DNA from: an uncultured Actinomycetes bacterium
Lineage (GTDB): Bacteria > Actinomycetota > UBA4738 > JBBDTT01
Length of the DNA stretch: 64,000 nucleotides
Direction: 5' to 3'
Assembly: GCA_963742735.1 (NCBI GenBank)
Contig: CAVUMN010000003.1
Span: forward strand, 32,001-96,000
How positions within the stretch are numbered: the first letter of the stretch is position 1; every line of letters begins with the position of its first letter. Under the pieces are notes generated by a model. The model worked only from the letters and a program-made list of their open reading frames with translations. It was not told the origin of the DNA and did no database searches. Below are positions 10,517 to 20,607 of this stretch, piece after piece. The position numbers and the translations under genes were made by a program.

Positions 10517-11676
10517 GCGTCACCGCGCCACGGGGCTTCCTGGCCGCCGGGGTGTCGGCCGGCCTCCGGGCGGGCGACCGCCCCGACCTCGGCCTGCTCT
10601 TCTCGCAGACGCCGGCGTCCGCCGCGGGGCTGTTCACACGCAATACGTTGCCGGCCGCCCCCGTGGTGATCGGCCGCCGCCGGCTGGAGGCGGGGACCAC
10701 CCAGGCGGTCGTCGTCAACAGCGGACAGGCCAACGCCGGAACCGGGGACGAGGGGCTCGACGACGCCGCGGCCGTGTCCACCGCGACCGCGCTGGCCCTC
10801 GAGATCGACGTCGCCGAGGTGATCCCGTGCTCGACGGGCGTGATCGGTCCGCGGATCGACGTGGTCCGGGCCAGCGACGGGGTTCGCGCGGCCGCCGCGG
10901 CGCTGTCGCCCGACGGCGGCCCGGCGTTCGCGGAGGCCATCCTGACCACGGACCCGGGCCCGAAGCAGGTCATCGTCGACGGTGAGGGCGGGTTCGTCGT
11001 CGGCGGGTGCGCCAAGGGAGCCGGGATGATCGCCCCCGACCTCGCCACGCTGCTCGTGTTCCTGACCACCGACGCGGTGGTGTCACCGGCGACCGCGACG
11101 GCGGTGCTCCGCCGCACGGCGGCGCCGATCTGGAACGGGGTGACGGTCGACGGGTGCCAGAGCACCAACGACACCGTGCTCCTCATGGCGAACGGCGCGT
11201 CTCAGGTCGAGCCCGACCCGGGCGCGCTGGCCGAGGCCGTGGCGGTGATCTGCACCGAGCTGGCCCGCAAGGTGGTCAACGACGCCGAGGGCGCGACGAC
11301 GAGCCTGATCGTCCAGGTCGACGGCGCGGCCACCGACGCCGACGCGCGGGCCGTGGGGCGGGCGGTGGCGGGATCGCTCCTGGTCAAGACGGCGGTGTTC
11401 GGCAAGGACCCCAACCCCGGCCGGATCCTGGCCGCGGTCGGAGCGTCCGGCATCCGGCTCAAGCCCTGGGCGTTCCAGGCGAGGATCGGAGACGTCGTCG
11501 TGATCCGCGAGGGGCGCGTGCCCGCCTCGTTCGATCCCCAGGCCTGCGCGAACGCGATGAAGGAGCGCGAGGTCGTGATCCGGGTCGGCCTCGGCGAGGG
11601 ACGTGGCTCGGCGACGGCGTTCGGCTGCGACCTCGGCTACGAGTACGTCCGCATCAACGCGGAGTACACGACGTGA
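10513..11676 (+). CDS. argJ: Ornithine acetyltransferase / N-acetylglutamate synthase
   Basis: SVTAPRGFLAAG, VVVNSGQANAGTG, STGVIG, KGAGMIAPDLATLL, STNDT, CDLGYEYVRINAEYTT; GTGA overlap. Confidence 0.95.
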   Translation: MSVTAPRGFLAAGVSAGLRAGDRPDLGLLFSQTPASAAGLFTRNTLPAAPVVIGRRRLEAGTTQAVVVNSGQANAGTGDEGLDDAAAVSTATALALEIDVAEVIPCSTGVIGPRIDVVRASDGVRAAAAALSPDGGPAFAEAILTTDPGPKQVIVDGEGGFVVGGCAKGAGMIAPDLATLLVFLTTDAVVSPATATAVLRRTAAPIWNGVTVDGCQSTNDTVLLMANGASQVEPDPGALAEAVAVICTELARKVVNDAEGATTSLIVQVDGAATDADARAVGRAVAGSLLVKTAVFGKDPNPGRILAAVGASGIRLKPWAFQARIGDVVVIREGRVPASFDPQACANAMKEREVVIRVGLGEGRGSATAFGCDLGYEYVRINAEYTT

Positions 11677-12596
11677 CCGTGGCGCCCACGAACCCGCCCG
11701 GCGTCCGGCAGCGAACGCTGTCCAAGGCCCGCGTCCTGCTGGACGCGCTGCCGTACTTCCGGGAGCACTCGGGCGCGACGGTCGTCATCAAGGTCGGCGG
11801 CGCAGCGATGGACGCGGGGCGGCTGGCCGAGTCGTTCGCCGACGACGTCGCGCTGCTCCGCCTGGTCGGCGTCAAGCCCGTGATCGTCCACGGGGGCGGC
11901 CCCCAGATCACGGAGATGGCGGCGCGCCTGGGCATCGAGCCCTCGTTCATCGACGGGCACCGCGTGACCGACGAGGCCACCCTGCAGGTCGCGCGGATGG
12001 TCCTGCTCGGGCTGGTCGGCCAGGACCTGGTCGCCCACCTGGTCGGCCGCGGCACGCCGGCGATCGGACTGTCCGGCGGCGACGACCGCCTGCTCGTGGT
12101 ACGACCTCGGGCCGAGGAGCTCGGCCTGGTCGGCGACGTCGAGCGGGTCAACACCGGCCTGCTCACCCACCTGATGGAGCGGTGCGTCCCGGTGATCGCC
12201 TCGATCGGCACGGACGAGAGCGGCCAGCCCTACAACGTGAACGCGGACCTGGTCGCCGGCGCGGTCGCGGCCGCCCTCGGGGCCGAGAAGCTCGTCTACC
12301 TCACCGACGTCCCGGGGATCCTGGACGCCGAGGGTGAGCTCATCTCCGAGGCGAGCGTGTCGGGCGCCGAGGCCCTCCTCGCGAAGGGGGTCGCGTCCGG
12401 CGGCATGCTCCCGAAGCTCGAGAGCGCGATCGCCGCGATGCGCTCCGGCGTCCGGCGCACCCATCTGATCGACGGGGGCGTGGAGCACGCGCTGATCCTC
12501 GAGCTGTTCACGCCCGAAGGCCTGGGCACGATGCTCACCCACGACGCCGAGCCGCCGTCCTCGGCGTTCCCCGAAGCACAACGGAGCGAGCCGTGA
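11673..12596 (+). CDS. argB: Acetylglutamate kinase
   Basis: VIKVGGAAM, VHGGGPQI, GHRVTD, YNVNAD, LTDVPG, GGMLPKL. Confidence 0.95.
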   Translation: MTVAPTNPPGVRQRTLSKARVLLDALPYFREHSGATVVIKVGGAAMDAGRLAESFADDVALLRLVGVKPVIVHGGGPQITEMAARLGIEPSFIDGHRVTDEATLQVARMVLLGLVGQDLVAHLVGRGTPAIGLSGGDDRLLVVRPRAEELGLVGDVERVNTGLLTHLMERCVPVIASIGTDESGQPYNVNADLVAGAVAAALGAEKLVYLTDVPGILDAEGELISEASVSGAEALLAKGVASGGMLPKLESAIAAMRSGVRRTHLIDGGVEHALILELFTPEGLGTMLTHDAEPPSSAFPEAQRSEP

Positions 12597-13750
12597 GCGT
12601 CGAGCTCCGGTCCGCGGTGATGAACACCTACAAGCGCTACCCGCTCACCCTGACCCGCGGCGAGGGGTGCCGGGTGTGGGACGACGCCGGCCGCGCGTAC
12701 CTCGACTTCGCCGCCGGGATCGCGGCCGTTCCCCTCGGACACGGCCATCCGGCGTGGGTGAAGGCGGTCACGGCGCAGGCCGGCGAGCTCGTCCACGTCT
12801 CGAACCTGTTCACGACCGCGCCGCAGGAGGCCCTCGCCGCGCGCCTCACCGGCCTGGCCGGGTTCGGCCTGGCCTTCTTCGCGAACTCCGGGGCCGAGGC
12901 CAACGAGGCGGCGTTGAAGGTGGCGCGCAAGGCGGGGGCCCCGGCCGGACGGCTCGAGGTCGTCGCGCTCCAGGGCTCGTTCCACGGGCGGTCCTTCGCC
13001 ACGCTGGCCGCCACCGGGCAGCCGGCGAAGCACGCCCCGTTCGCGCCGCTGCCCGAGGGCTACGTCCACGTGCCCCCGAACGACGTCGCCGCCCTCGACG
13101 CCGCGGTGGGCGAGGGGACGGCCGCGGTGTTGCTCGAGCCGGTGCTGGGCGAGGGCGGGGTCATCCCGCTCGACCGGGCGTTCCTGGCCGCGGCCCGGGC
13201 CCTGTGCACCGAGCGCGGCGCGCTGTTGATGTTCGACGAGGTCCAGACCGGCGTCGGCCGGTGCGGCGAGTGGTTCGCCTTCCAGGGGCTGGGCGTGGAG
13301 CCCGACGTCTTCACGCTGGCCAAGGGGCTGGGCAACGGCCTGCCGGTGGCCGCGGCCATCGCGCGAGAGGAGGTGGCCTTCGGCCCGGGCGACCACGCCT
13401 CGACGTTCGGCGGCGGGCCGGTCGTCTGCGCCGGGGCGCTCGCGGTGCTCGAGGCGATCGAGGCCGAGGGGCTGCTCGAGAACGCCCGGGCCCGGGGCGA
13501 GCAGCTGCGCGCCGCGCTCCGAGCCCTGCCGGGTGTGACCGCGGTGCGAGGGATGGGCTTGCTGCTCGGGGTGGCCCTCACGGGACCGCGCGCGAACGAC
13601 GTCGTCAACGCGCTGATCGGGCGGGGGGCGCTGGCCACCGAGGCGGGCCCGGACGTGGTCCGCGTGACGCCGCCGCTGGTGGTGACCGACGCCGAGGTCG
13701 CCGCGTTCGCCGAGGCCCTCGGCGGCGCGCTCGAGGAGACGTTCGGATGA
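12593..13750 (+). CDS. argD: Acetylornithine aminotransferase
   Basis: YLDFAAGIA..LGHGHP, NSGAEANEAALK, FHGRS, FDEVQTGVGR, LAKGLGNGLP. Confidence 0.93.
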   Translation: MSVELRSAVMNTYKRYPLTLTRGEGCRVWDDAGRAYLDFAAGIAAVPLGHGHPAWVKAVTAQAGELVHVSNLFTTAPQEALAARLTGLAGFGLAFFANSGAEANEAALKVARKAGAPAGRLEVVALQGSFHGRSFATLAATGQPAKHAPFAPLPEGYVHVPPNDVAALDAAVGEGTAAVLLEPVLGEGGVIPLDRAFLAAARALCTERGALLMFDEVQTGVGRCGEWFAFQGLGVEPDVFTLAKGLGNGLPVAAAIAREEVAFGPGDHASTFGGGPVVCAGALAVLEAIEAEGLLENARARGEQLRAALRALPGVTAVRGMGLLLGVALTGPRANDVVNALIGRGALATEAGPDVVRVTPPLVVTDAEVAAFAEALGGALEETFG

Positions 13751-14205
13751 AGCGCCAGCGCCAGCAGGCGCTCCTGGACCTGGTTCGCCGGGAGCCGCTC
13801 GGCAGCCAGCAGGAGATCCGCGACCGGCTGGCCGCAGCCGGCCACGCCGCGACCCAGTCCACCATCTCTCGAGACCTCGAGGAGCTCGGGCTGGTCCGCG
13901 TCCGCGACGGCGAGGGCCACCTTCGCTACGCCGATCCGAACGACGTCCCGGCGCCTCGGTCCGACCGCCACCTGCGGGCGGTGCTGTCGGAGTTCGTGAG
14001 CGGCGTGGAGTCCTCCGGGAACCTGGCCGTCGTGTGGACGCCGCCGGGCGCCGCGAACGCGGTCGCCGAGGTCCTCGACCACTCGACCCTGCCCGGCGTC
14101 CTGGCCACGGTGGCCGGCGACAACACGATCCTGGTCGTCGTCCGGGAGCAGGCCAGCGCGCGAACGGTGGCGGCGCGCCTCCGCGAGATGGCGGGGTTGT
14201 CGTGA
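13747..14205 (+). CDS. argR: Arginine repressor
   Basis: MKRQRQQAL...SQQE...TQSTISRDLEELG, TPPGAAN, ATVAGDNTI. Confidence 0.95.
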   Translation: MKRQRQQALLDLVRREPLGSQQEIRDRLAAAGHAATQSTISRDLEELGLVRVRDGEGHLRYADPNDVPAPRSDRHLRAVLSEFVSGVESSGNLAVVWTPPGAANAVAEVLDHSTLPGVLATVAGDNTILVVVREQASARTVAARLREMAGLS

Positions 14206-15421
14206 GTCCGAAGGTCGCGCTCGCGTACTCGGGCGGCCTGGACACCAGCGTGTCCGCGCGGTGGCTGGCCGAGGAGCGCGGGTACGAGGTCCTCGCGGTG
14301 CTGGTCGACGTCGGCCAGCCGATCGACCACGCCGCGGTCCGGGCGCGTGCGGCGGCCGCCGGCGCGGAGCTGCTCGTCGCCGAGGCTCGCGAGGAATACG
14401 TCACGCGGTTCTGCTGGCCGGCGCTGCAGGCCAACGCGTTGTACGAGGGCCGGTACCCGCTGGTGTCCTCGCTGGCCCGCCCGCTGATCGCCGAGAAGGT
14501 CGTCGCGGCGGCCCGCGAGGCCGGCGCGCAGGCGGTGGCGCACGGCTGCACCGGCAAGGGCAACGACCAGGTCCGCTTCGAGACCTCGTTCGCCGCCCTC
14601 GCCCCGGACCTGGAGGTGATCGCCCCCGTCCGCGACGTGGTCATGTCGCGGGACGAGGCCCGCGAGCGCGCCGCGGCGTGGGGGATCCCGCTGTCGGCCG
14701 AGGCCAAGATCTACTCGGTCGACGAGAACGTGTGGGGGCGGACCATCGAGTGCGGCCTGCTCGAGGACCCGTGGGCCGAGCCCCCGGCCGACGCGTTCGC
14801 GTGGACCGCCGACCCGGTCTCGGCGCCGTCCGCGCCCCAGGACGTGGTCGTCACCTTCGACGGCGGCGTCGCCGTCGCCCTGGACGGGCTCCGGCTCGAC
14901 CCGGTGCACCTGGTCCGCCAGATCGGCGAGACGGCCGGGCGGCACGGGTTCGGGCGCGTCGACATGGTCGAGAACCGGCTGGTGGGCATCAAGTCGCGCG
15001 AGCTGTACGAGGTCCCCGCGGCGCTGGCCCTCATCGCCGCCCACCAGGACCTGGAGGCGCTCACGCTCGAGCGCGAGGTCGCCCACGAGAAGGCCGGGCT
15101 CGAGCGCCGGTGGGCCGAGCTGGCCTACTACGGCCAGTGGCACGGCCCCCTGCACGCCTCGCTGCGGGCGTTCATGGAGTCGACCCAGGGCTCCGTGACC
15201 GGCGACGTGAAGCTGCGGTTCCACAAGGGCTCGTGCCGGGTCGTCGGCCGCCGTTCGGATCGCGCGCTGTACGACTACGGGCTGGCGACCTACGAGGCCG
15301 GCGCGGACCGCTTCGACCACAAGCATGCCGAGGGGTTCGTGCGCCTCTGGTCCCTTCCTCTGAGGACGTGGGCCGCCGTGAACCGCGTCCCCCTTCCCGA
15401 GTCACCACCGCCAGCTACTGA
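14202..15421 (+). CDS. argG: Argininosuccinate synthase (as given it reads through into argH; probable 1-nt deletion at about 15400, likely true stop TGA 15419-15421)
   Basis: LAYSGGLDTS, YPLVSSLARP, HGCTGKGNDQVRFE, YSVDENVWGRTIECG, ENRLVGIKSRE; the alternative-frame tail GTC ACC ACC GCC AGC TAC TGA has native codon usage. Confidence 0.9.
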
Positions 15422-15440
15422 CGGCAACGGGAAGGTCGCC

Positions 15441-16943
15441 ATGCCCGATTCGCCTCGGGGGGTCCGCCCGCCGTCTGGAACGGACTCCGGCACATCCCAG
15501 GGCGGGCTACCCCCCCGAACCCCCCTCTGGGCCGGGCGGTTTGCGGCCGGCGGTCCATCCGAGGGCACGCTCGCCTTTTCCCGTTCGATCGGGTTCGACA
15601 TGCGGCTTGCGCCGTACGACGTGAAGGCGACGACGGCCCACGCGGAGGCGCTGCGGGAGGCGGGCGTCTTGAGCGACGACGAGACCGTCGCGATCACCGG
15701 CGCGCTGAAAGCCGTGGGCGCCGAGATCGCCGAGGGCAGCTTCGTCCTCGCCGACCACGACGAGGACGTGCACATGGCGATCGAGCGTGCGCTGATCGAG
15801 CGGCTCGGCGAGACGGGCGCGAAGATCCATGCGGCCCGCAGCCGCAACGACCTGGTGGCCACCGACTTCCGGCTGTGGACGATCGACGCGGCCCGCGCCC
15901 TCGCGTCGGCGGCCGCCGGGCTGGCGGAGGCCCTCGCCGAGCGCGGGGAGGAGCACCCGGACGCGATCCTCCCCGGATACACCCACCTCCAGCGGGCCCA
16001 GCCCGTCCTGCTCGCGCACCACCTGCTGGCCCACGCGTTCCCGCTCGTCCGGGACGCCGAGCGGCTGCTCCGGGCCGCGGAGACCGCGGCGGTCAGTCCG
16101 CTGGGCGCCGGGGCGCTCGCGGGATCGACCATCGAGCTGGCGACCGGCGCGACCGCGCGCCGTCTGGGCATGCCGGGGGCGTTCGACAACTCGATCGACG
16201 CGGTCTCGGACCGCGACTTCGCCCTGGAGTTCCTGGGGGCCGGGACCATCCTGGCCGTGCACCTGTCGCGGCTGGCCGAGGACCTGGTGCTGTGGGCGAC
16301 CGAGGAGTTCGGGTTCGCCCGGCCCGCGGACGCCGACGCGACGGGGTCGAGCATGATGCCCCAGAAGCGGAACCCCGACGTGGCCGAGCTCGTGCGGGGC
16401 AAGGCCGGCCGCGTCCTCGGGGCCCTCGTGTCCCTGGCCACGGCGATGAAGGGCCTCCCGCTGGCCTACGACCGCGACCTCCAGGAGGACAAGGAGCCGG
16501 CGTTCGACGCGTACGACACCCTCTCCGGCGGGCTGGAGGCCCTCGCGGCGATGGTCCGAGGGCTCACGTTCGACACCGAGCGCATGGCCGCGGCCGCGTC
16601 CGGCGGCTTCCTGCTGGCCACCGACCTCGCCGAGCATCTGGTGTCGAAGGGCATGCCCTTCCGCGACGCGCACCACCTGACCGGCACGATCGTGGCGGAG
16701 CTCGAGGCGACGGACCGGGCGTTCGACGACGTCGGCCCGGACGAGTGGGCCGGCTGGTCGCCGCTGCTCGGGCCCGAGGTGGCCGAGCTCCTGACGCCGG
16801 AGCGGGCCGTGCGCCGGCGGACCACGCCGGGTGGCACCTCGCCCGAGTCGGTGGCCGGGCAGCTCGTGGCGCTGCGGGCGCGGCTCGGCGACGTGCGCGA
16901 GCGGGCCGGCGAAGCGGGCACCTACACTGTGCCCCTTCGATGA
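15441..16943 (+). CDS. argH: Argininosuccinate lyase, with an N-terminal extension encoded by a palindromic element
   Basis: [61 protein letters not shown]; ATG 15441 after GGGAAGG. Confidence 0.93.
   Translation: MPDSPRGVRPPSGTDSGTSQGGLPPRTPLWAGRFAAGGPSEGTLAFSRSIGFDMRLAPYDVKATTAHAEALREAGVLSDDETVAITGALKAVGAEIAEGSFVLADHDEDVHMAIERALIERLGETGAKIHAARSRNDLVATDFRLWTIDAARALASAAAGLAEALAERGEEHPDAILPGYTHLQRAQPVLLAHHLLAHAFPLVRDAERLLRAAETAAVSPLGAGALAGSTIELATGATARRLGMPGAFDNSIDAVSDRDFALEFLGAGTILAVHLSRLAEDLVLWATEEFGFARPADADATGSSMMPQKRNPDVAELVRGKAGRVLGALVSLATAMKGLPLAYDRDLQEDKEPAFDAYDTLSGGLEALAAMVRGLTFDTERMAAAASGGFLLATDLAEHLVSKGMPFRDAHHLTGTIVAELEATDRAFDDVGPDEWAGWSPLLGPEVAELLTPERAVRRRTTPGGTSPESVAGQLVALRARLGDVRERAGEAGTYTVPLR
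15456..15525 (-). repeat. 70-bp GC-rich palindromic element, copy 1 (inside the argH 5' end)
   Basis: Reverse complement matches 28490-28559 at 59/70 positions with no gaps (manual alignment). Confidence 0.9.
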
Positions 16944-18607
16944 CCGAGGACCTCCAGCACCGCAGCCGCGACGTCGTCACCCGGCCCCCGTCCCGGGCGA
17001 TGCTCCGCGCGGTCGGGTTCACCGACGAGGACTTCGGGCGCCCCCAGATCGGCGTCGCCTCGTCGTGGAACGAGGTCACCCCCTGCAACTACCACCTGGA
17101 CCGCCTGGCCGATGTCGCGAAGGAGGGCGCGCGGGAGGCCGGCGGCGTCCCGATCGAGTTCACGACGATCGCCGTCAGCGACGGCATCTCGATGGGGACC
17201 GAGGGGATGCGCGCGTCCTTGGTGTCCCGCGAGGTCATCGCGGACTCCGTCGAGCTCGTGATGCACGCCGAGCGCCTGGACGCCATGGTCACCATCGCCG
17301 GCTGCGACAAGAGCCTTCCGGGCATGGTCATGGCCGCCGCCCGCCTGGACCTGCCCACGGTCTTCGTCTACGGAGGCTCGATCCTTCCCGGCCATGTCCG
17401 GGGCCGGGACATCAACATCCAGGACGTCTTCGAGGCGGTCGGAGCGAACGCCGCCGGGCAGATGAGCGACGAGGAGCTCGACGAGATCGAGCGCAATGCG
17501 TGTCCCGGCCCGGGGTCGTGCGCGGGGATGTTCACCGCGAACACGATGGCGGCCGCGGTCGAAGCCCTGGGGATGTCGCTGCCCGGCAGCGCGTCCCCGC
17601 CGGCCGTCGACCCGCGCCGGGACGACTTCGCGCGCGCCAGCGGTGTGGCGGCGGTCCGCGCGCTGGAGGCGGGCGTCCGTCCGCGCCAGGTGATCACCCG
17701 TGACGCGCTGGAGAACGCGATCGCCGTGGTCATGGCGCTGGGGGGATCGACCAACGCGGTCCTGCACCTGCTGGCGATCGCCGTCGAGGCGGAGGCCGAG
17801 CTCGACATCGACGACTTCGACCGCATCGGCCGCCGCGTCCCGCACTTCGGCGACCTCCGCCCCTCCGGCCGTTTCGTAATGGCCGACCTGGACCGCGTCG
17901 GCGGCGTTCCGGTGGTCATGAAGGTCCTCCTGGACGCCGGGCTCCTGCACGGCGACGCCCTCACGGTGACCGGCAAGACGGTGGCGGAGAACCTGGCCGA
18001 GCTCGACCCCCCGGCACCCGACGGGGACGTCGTGCGCCCGTTCGACCAGCCGATCCACGCCGACGGCGGCCTGGCCATCTTCAAGGGCTCGCTGGCGCCG
18101 GAGGGCGCGGTCGGCAAGATCTCCGGCATGGACGGGACGACCTTCCGCGGCCGCGCCCGGGTGTTCGATCTCGAGGAGGATGCCTTCGACGCGGTGACCC
18201 ACGGCCGGATCGTGGCCGGCGACGTGATCGTCATCCGCCACGAGGGGCCGAAGGGCGGGCCGGGGATGCGCGAGATGCTCGCGGTGACGGCGGCGGTCGT
18301 CGGAGCGGGCCTGGGCCGCGACGTCGCGCTGGTCACCGACGGCCGATTCTCGGGGGCCACCCGCGGCTTCGCGATCGGCCACGTCGCGCCCGAGGCGGCG
18401 GTCGGCGGGCCGATCGCGCTGGTGGAGGAGGGCGATTCGATCGTCCTCGACGTCGACGGCCGCCGCCTCGACCTGGAAGTCGCCGACGAGGAGCTCGAAC
18501 GTCGCCGGGCCGGATGGAAGGCCCCCCAGCCGCGCTACACCCACGGCGCGCTGGCGAAGTACGCGCGGCTGGTCAGCAGCGCCTCCCGCGGCGCCGTCTG
18601 CGGCTAG
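16940..18607 (+). CDS. ilvD: Dihydroxy-acid dehydratase
   Basis: [71 protein letters not shown]; ATGA overlap with argH. Confidence 0.96.
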   Translation: MTEDLQHRSRDVVTRPPSRAMLRAVGFTDEDFGRPQIGVASSWNEVTPCNYHLDRLADVAKEGAREAGGVPIEFTTIAVSDGISMGTEGMRASLVSREVIADSVELVMHAERLDAMVTIAGCDKSLPGMVMAAARLDLPTVFVYGGSILPGHVRGRDINIQDVFEAVGANAAGQMSDEELDEIERNACPGPGSCAGMFTANTMAAAVEALGMSLPGSASPPAVDPRRDDFARASGVAAVRALEAGVRPRQVITRDALENAIAVVMALGGSTNAVLHLLAIAVEAEAELDIDDFDRIGRRVPHFGDLRPSGRFVMADLDRVGGVPVVMKVLLDAGLLHGDALTVTGKTVAENLAELDPPAPDGDVVRPFDQPIHADGGLAIFKGSLAPEGAVGKISGMDGTTFRGRARVFDLEEDAFDAVTHGRIVAGDVIVIRHEGPKGGPGMREMLAVTAAVVGAGLGRDVALVTDGRFSGATRGFAIGHVAPEAAVGGPIALVEEGDSIVLDVDGRRLDLEVADEELERRRAGWKAPQPRYTHGALAKYARLVSSASRGAVCG

Positions 18608-18654
18608 GCGAAACCGGGCAGGAGCCCGCCCCCCGCGCAGAGAATTCCACACAA

Positions 18655-20091
18655 ATGCGCCCCCAGCCCGCCCCGTCGCGTCCCGGCGACGCCCGCCGCC
18701 CCTTCTCCGGAGGCGGCCTCGTCGCGCGCTTCGCGCTGGTGTCCCTGGTCGTGTTCCTGCTCGTCGGCGGGTCCCTGCACCTGTTGATCTCCGGGCAGCT
18801 CAAGGACCGAGCCGAGGCCTCCGCCACCCAGCATGCCGTGGTGCTCACGCGGGCAGTCCTCGAGGACATCCTGGAGCCCTCCGACGTGGATGCGCCGCTG
18901 CGCGGGGAGCGGTACGAGGAGGTGCTTCGCGGGGTCCTCACGCGGGTCGTGATCGGCGACGCCCTGCGCCTCAAGGTGTGGCGGCCCGACGGCACCGTGG
19001 TGTTCTCCGACGAGATTCGGCTCGTCGGCCGGCGATTCCCCGAGGAGGCCCCCGAGCTCGCCACGGTCCTCCGGGACGGGCCTGTCGGCGAGGTCAGCGA
19101 CCTGCTGGCAGCGGAAAACGTCTACGAGCGCGGCCTGGCGGAGCGGATGCTGGCCACCTACGTGCCCCTGCGCCTGGGGACGGCGTCCGAGCCGGTCGCG
19201 GTCGCGGAGCTGTATCAGGACTACGGACCCACGGCCGCGGAGACCTCCGCCTCCCTGGCCCAGATGGACGTGATCGTGGGCAGCGGGTTCCTGCTCCTCT
19301 ACCTGGTGCTGCTGCCGATCGCCCGCAACGCTGGAACGACGCTCGTCCACCAGACGCAGGGCCTGGCCCAGCAGCGCGACGAGCTGGAGACGCTCGTCAG
19401 GGAGCGAGGCGAGCTGCTTCGCCGGCTGGTCCGCGCCCAGGAGGACGAACGGACCCGGATCGCCGGCGACATCCACGACGACTCGATCCAGGCGGTGACC
19501 GAGGTGGCCTGGCGGCTCGAGGGCGTGCGCCGCCGCATCCACGACCCGGAGGGGCTGGCGCGCCTGGAGGGGGTGGACGACGCCATCCGGGGCACGCTCG
19601 GCCGTATGCGGAACCTGCTGTTCGAGCTGCGCCCGCCCTCGCTCGAGGAGTCGGGGCTGAGCGCCGCCTTCGTCACCTACCTGACGCGCGCCGCCGCCCA
19701 CGAGGGGTTCGAGTACTCGATCGACAGCCGGCTGGCGAGCGAGCCGCCGCTGGAGACCCGGACGATCGCGTACCGGATCGGTCAGGAGGCCCTGGCGAAC
19801 GTGCGAAAGCACGCCAAGGCGACGCGGGTCGAGGTGATCCTCGACGAGGTCGACGGGGGCCTGCGCATGCTCGTGCGGGACGACGGCGTGGGGATGCCGG
19901 CGGAGGTCCCGGACCGGCCCGACCACTTCGGCCTGATGAGCATGCGCGAACGGGCCACCATGGTCGGTGGGTGGTGTCGCGTGGGCGGCGCCCCCGGCCA
20001 GGGGACGACCTGCGAGGTCTGGCTGCCGCTCGAGGCCGGCCCCCGCCCGGAGGAGACGCCCGCCGACCCACGGCCGGCATCGGAGATCTAG
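18655..20091 (+). CDS. Membrane sensor histidine kinase, HisKA_3 (NarX/UhpB type)
   Basis: Two TM segments; EDERTRIAGDIHDDSIQ, LRPPSL, QEALANVRKHA, DDGVG, HFGL..MRER. Confidence 0.9.
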   Translation: MRPQPAPSRPGDARRPFSGGGLVARFALVSLVVFLLVGGSLHLLISGQLKDRAEASATQHAVVLTRAVLEDILEPSDVDAPLRGERYEEVLRGVLTRVVIGDALRLKVWRPDGTVVFSDEIRLVGRRFPEEAPELATVLRDGPVGEVSDLLAAENVYERGLAERMLATYVPLRLGTASEPVAVAELYQDYGPTAAETSASLAQMDVIVGSGFLLLYLVLLPIARNAGTTLVHQTQGLAQQRDELETLVRERGELLRRLVRAQEDERTRIAGDIHDDSIQAVTEVAWRLEGVRRRIHDPEGLARLEGVDDAIRGTLGRMRNLLFELRPPSLEESGLSAAFVTYLTRAAAHEGFEYSIDSRLASEPPLETRTIAYRIGQEALANVRKHAKATRVEVILDEVDGGLRMLVRDDGVGMPAEVPDRPDHFGLMSMRERATMVGGWCRVGGAPGQGTTCEVWLPLEAGPRPEETPADPRPASEI

Positions 20092-20600
20092 CCCAGCGCC
20101 CGTTCGAACGCGGCGTACGCGTCCTCCCCGAACAGCGTGAACCGAACGGTCTCGACCCCCGTCGCGGCGTCGCGCACCGCCGACACCGCCACCGGCGCGG
20201 CGAGGTCCAGCGGGTAGCCGTACACGCCGGTCGAGATCGCGGGGAACGCCACCGTCCGCGCGCCCACCTCGTCGGCGATGCGCAGCGCGTTCGTGTGGCA
20301 CGCGGCGAGCAAGCCCGAGCGGTCCTCGGACGTCGCGAACACCGGGCCGACCGTGTGGATCACCCAGCGGGCGGGCAGGCGCCCGGCGGTGGTCGCCACG
20401 GCGTCGCCGGTCGGAAGCCCGCCCGGATAGCGCTCCTCGCGAAGCCGCCGGCACTCGGCCAGGATCTCCGGCCCGCCGCGGCGGTGGATCGCCCCGTCGA
20501 CGCCGCCCCCGCCGAGCAGAGACCGGTTGGCGGCGTTCACGATCGCGTCGACGTCCTGTTCGGTGAGGTCTCCCCGGACGAGCTCGATCTCCGGGGCCAC
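20088..20600 (-). CDS. Macro domain protein (O-acetyl-ADP-ribose deacetylase, YmdB-like)
   Basis: GDLTEQDVDAIVNAANRSLLGGGGVDGAIH, VIHTVGP, AFPAISTGVYGYP. Confidence 0.93.
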   Translation of the reverse strand: MAPEIELVRGDLTEQDVDAIVNAANRSLLGGGGVDGAIHRRGGPEILAECRRLREERYPGGLPTGDAVATTAGRLPARWVIHTVGPVFATSEDRSGLLAACHTNALRIADEVGARTVAFPAISTGVYGYPLDLAAPVAVSAVRDAATGVETVRFTLFGEDAYAAFERALG

Positions 20601-20607
20601 CGCCGGG

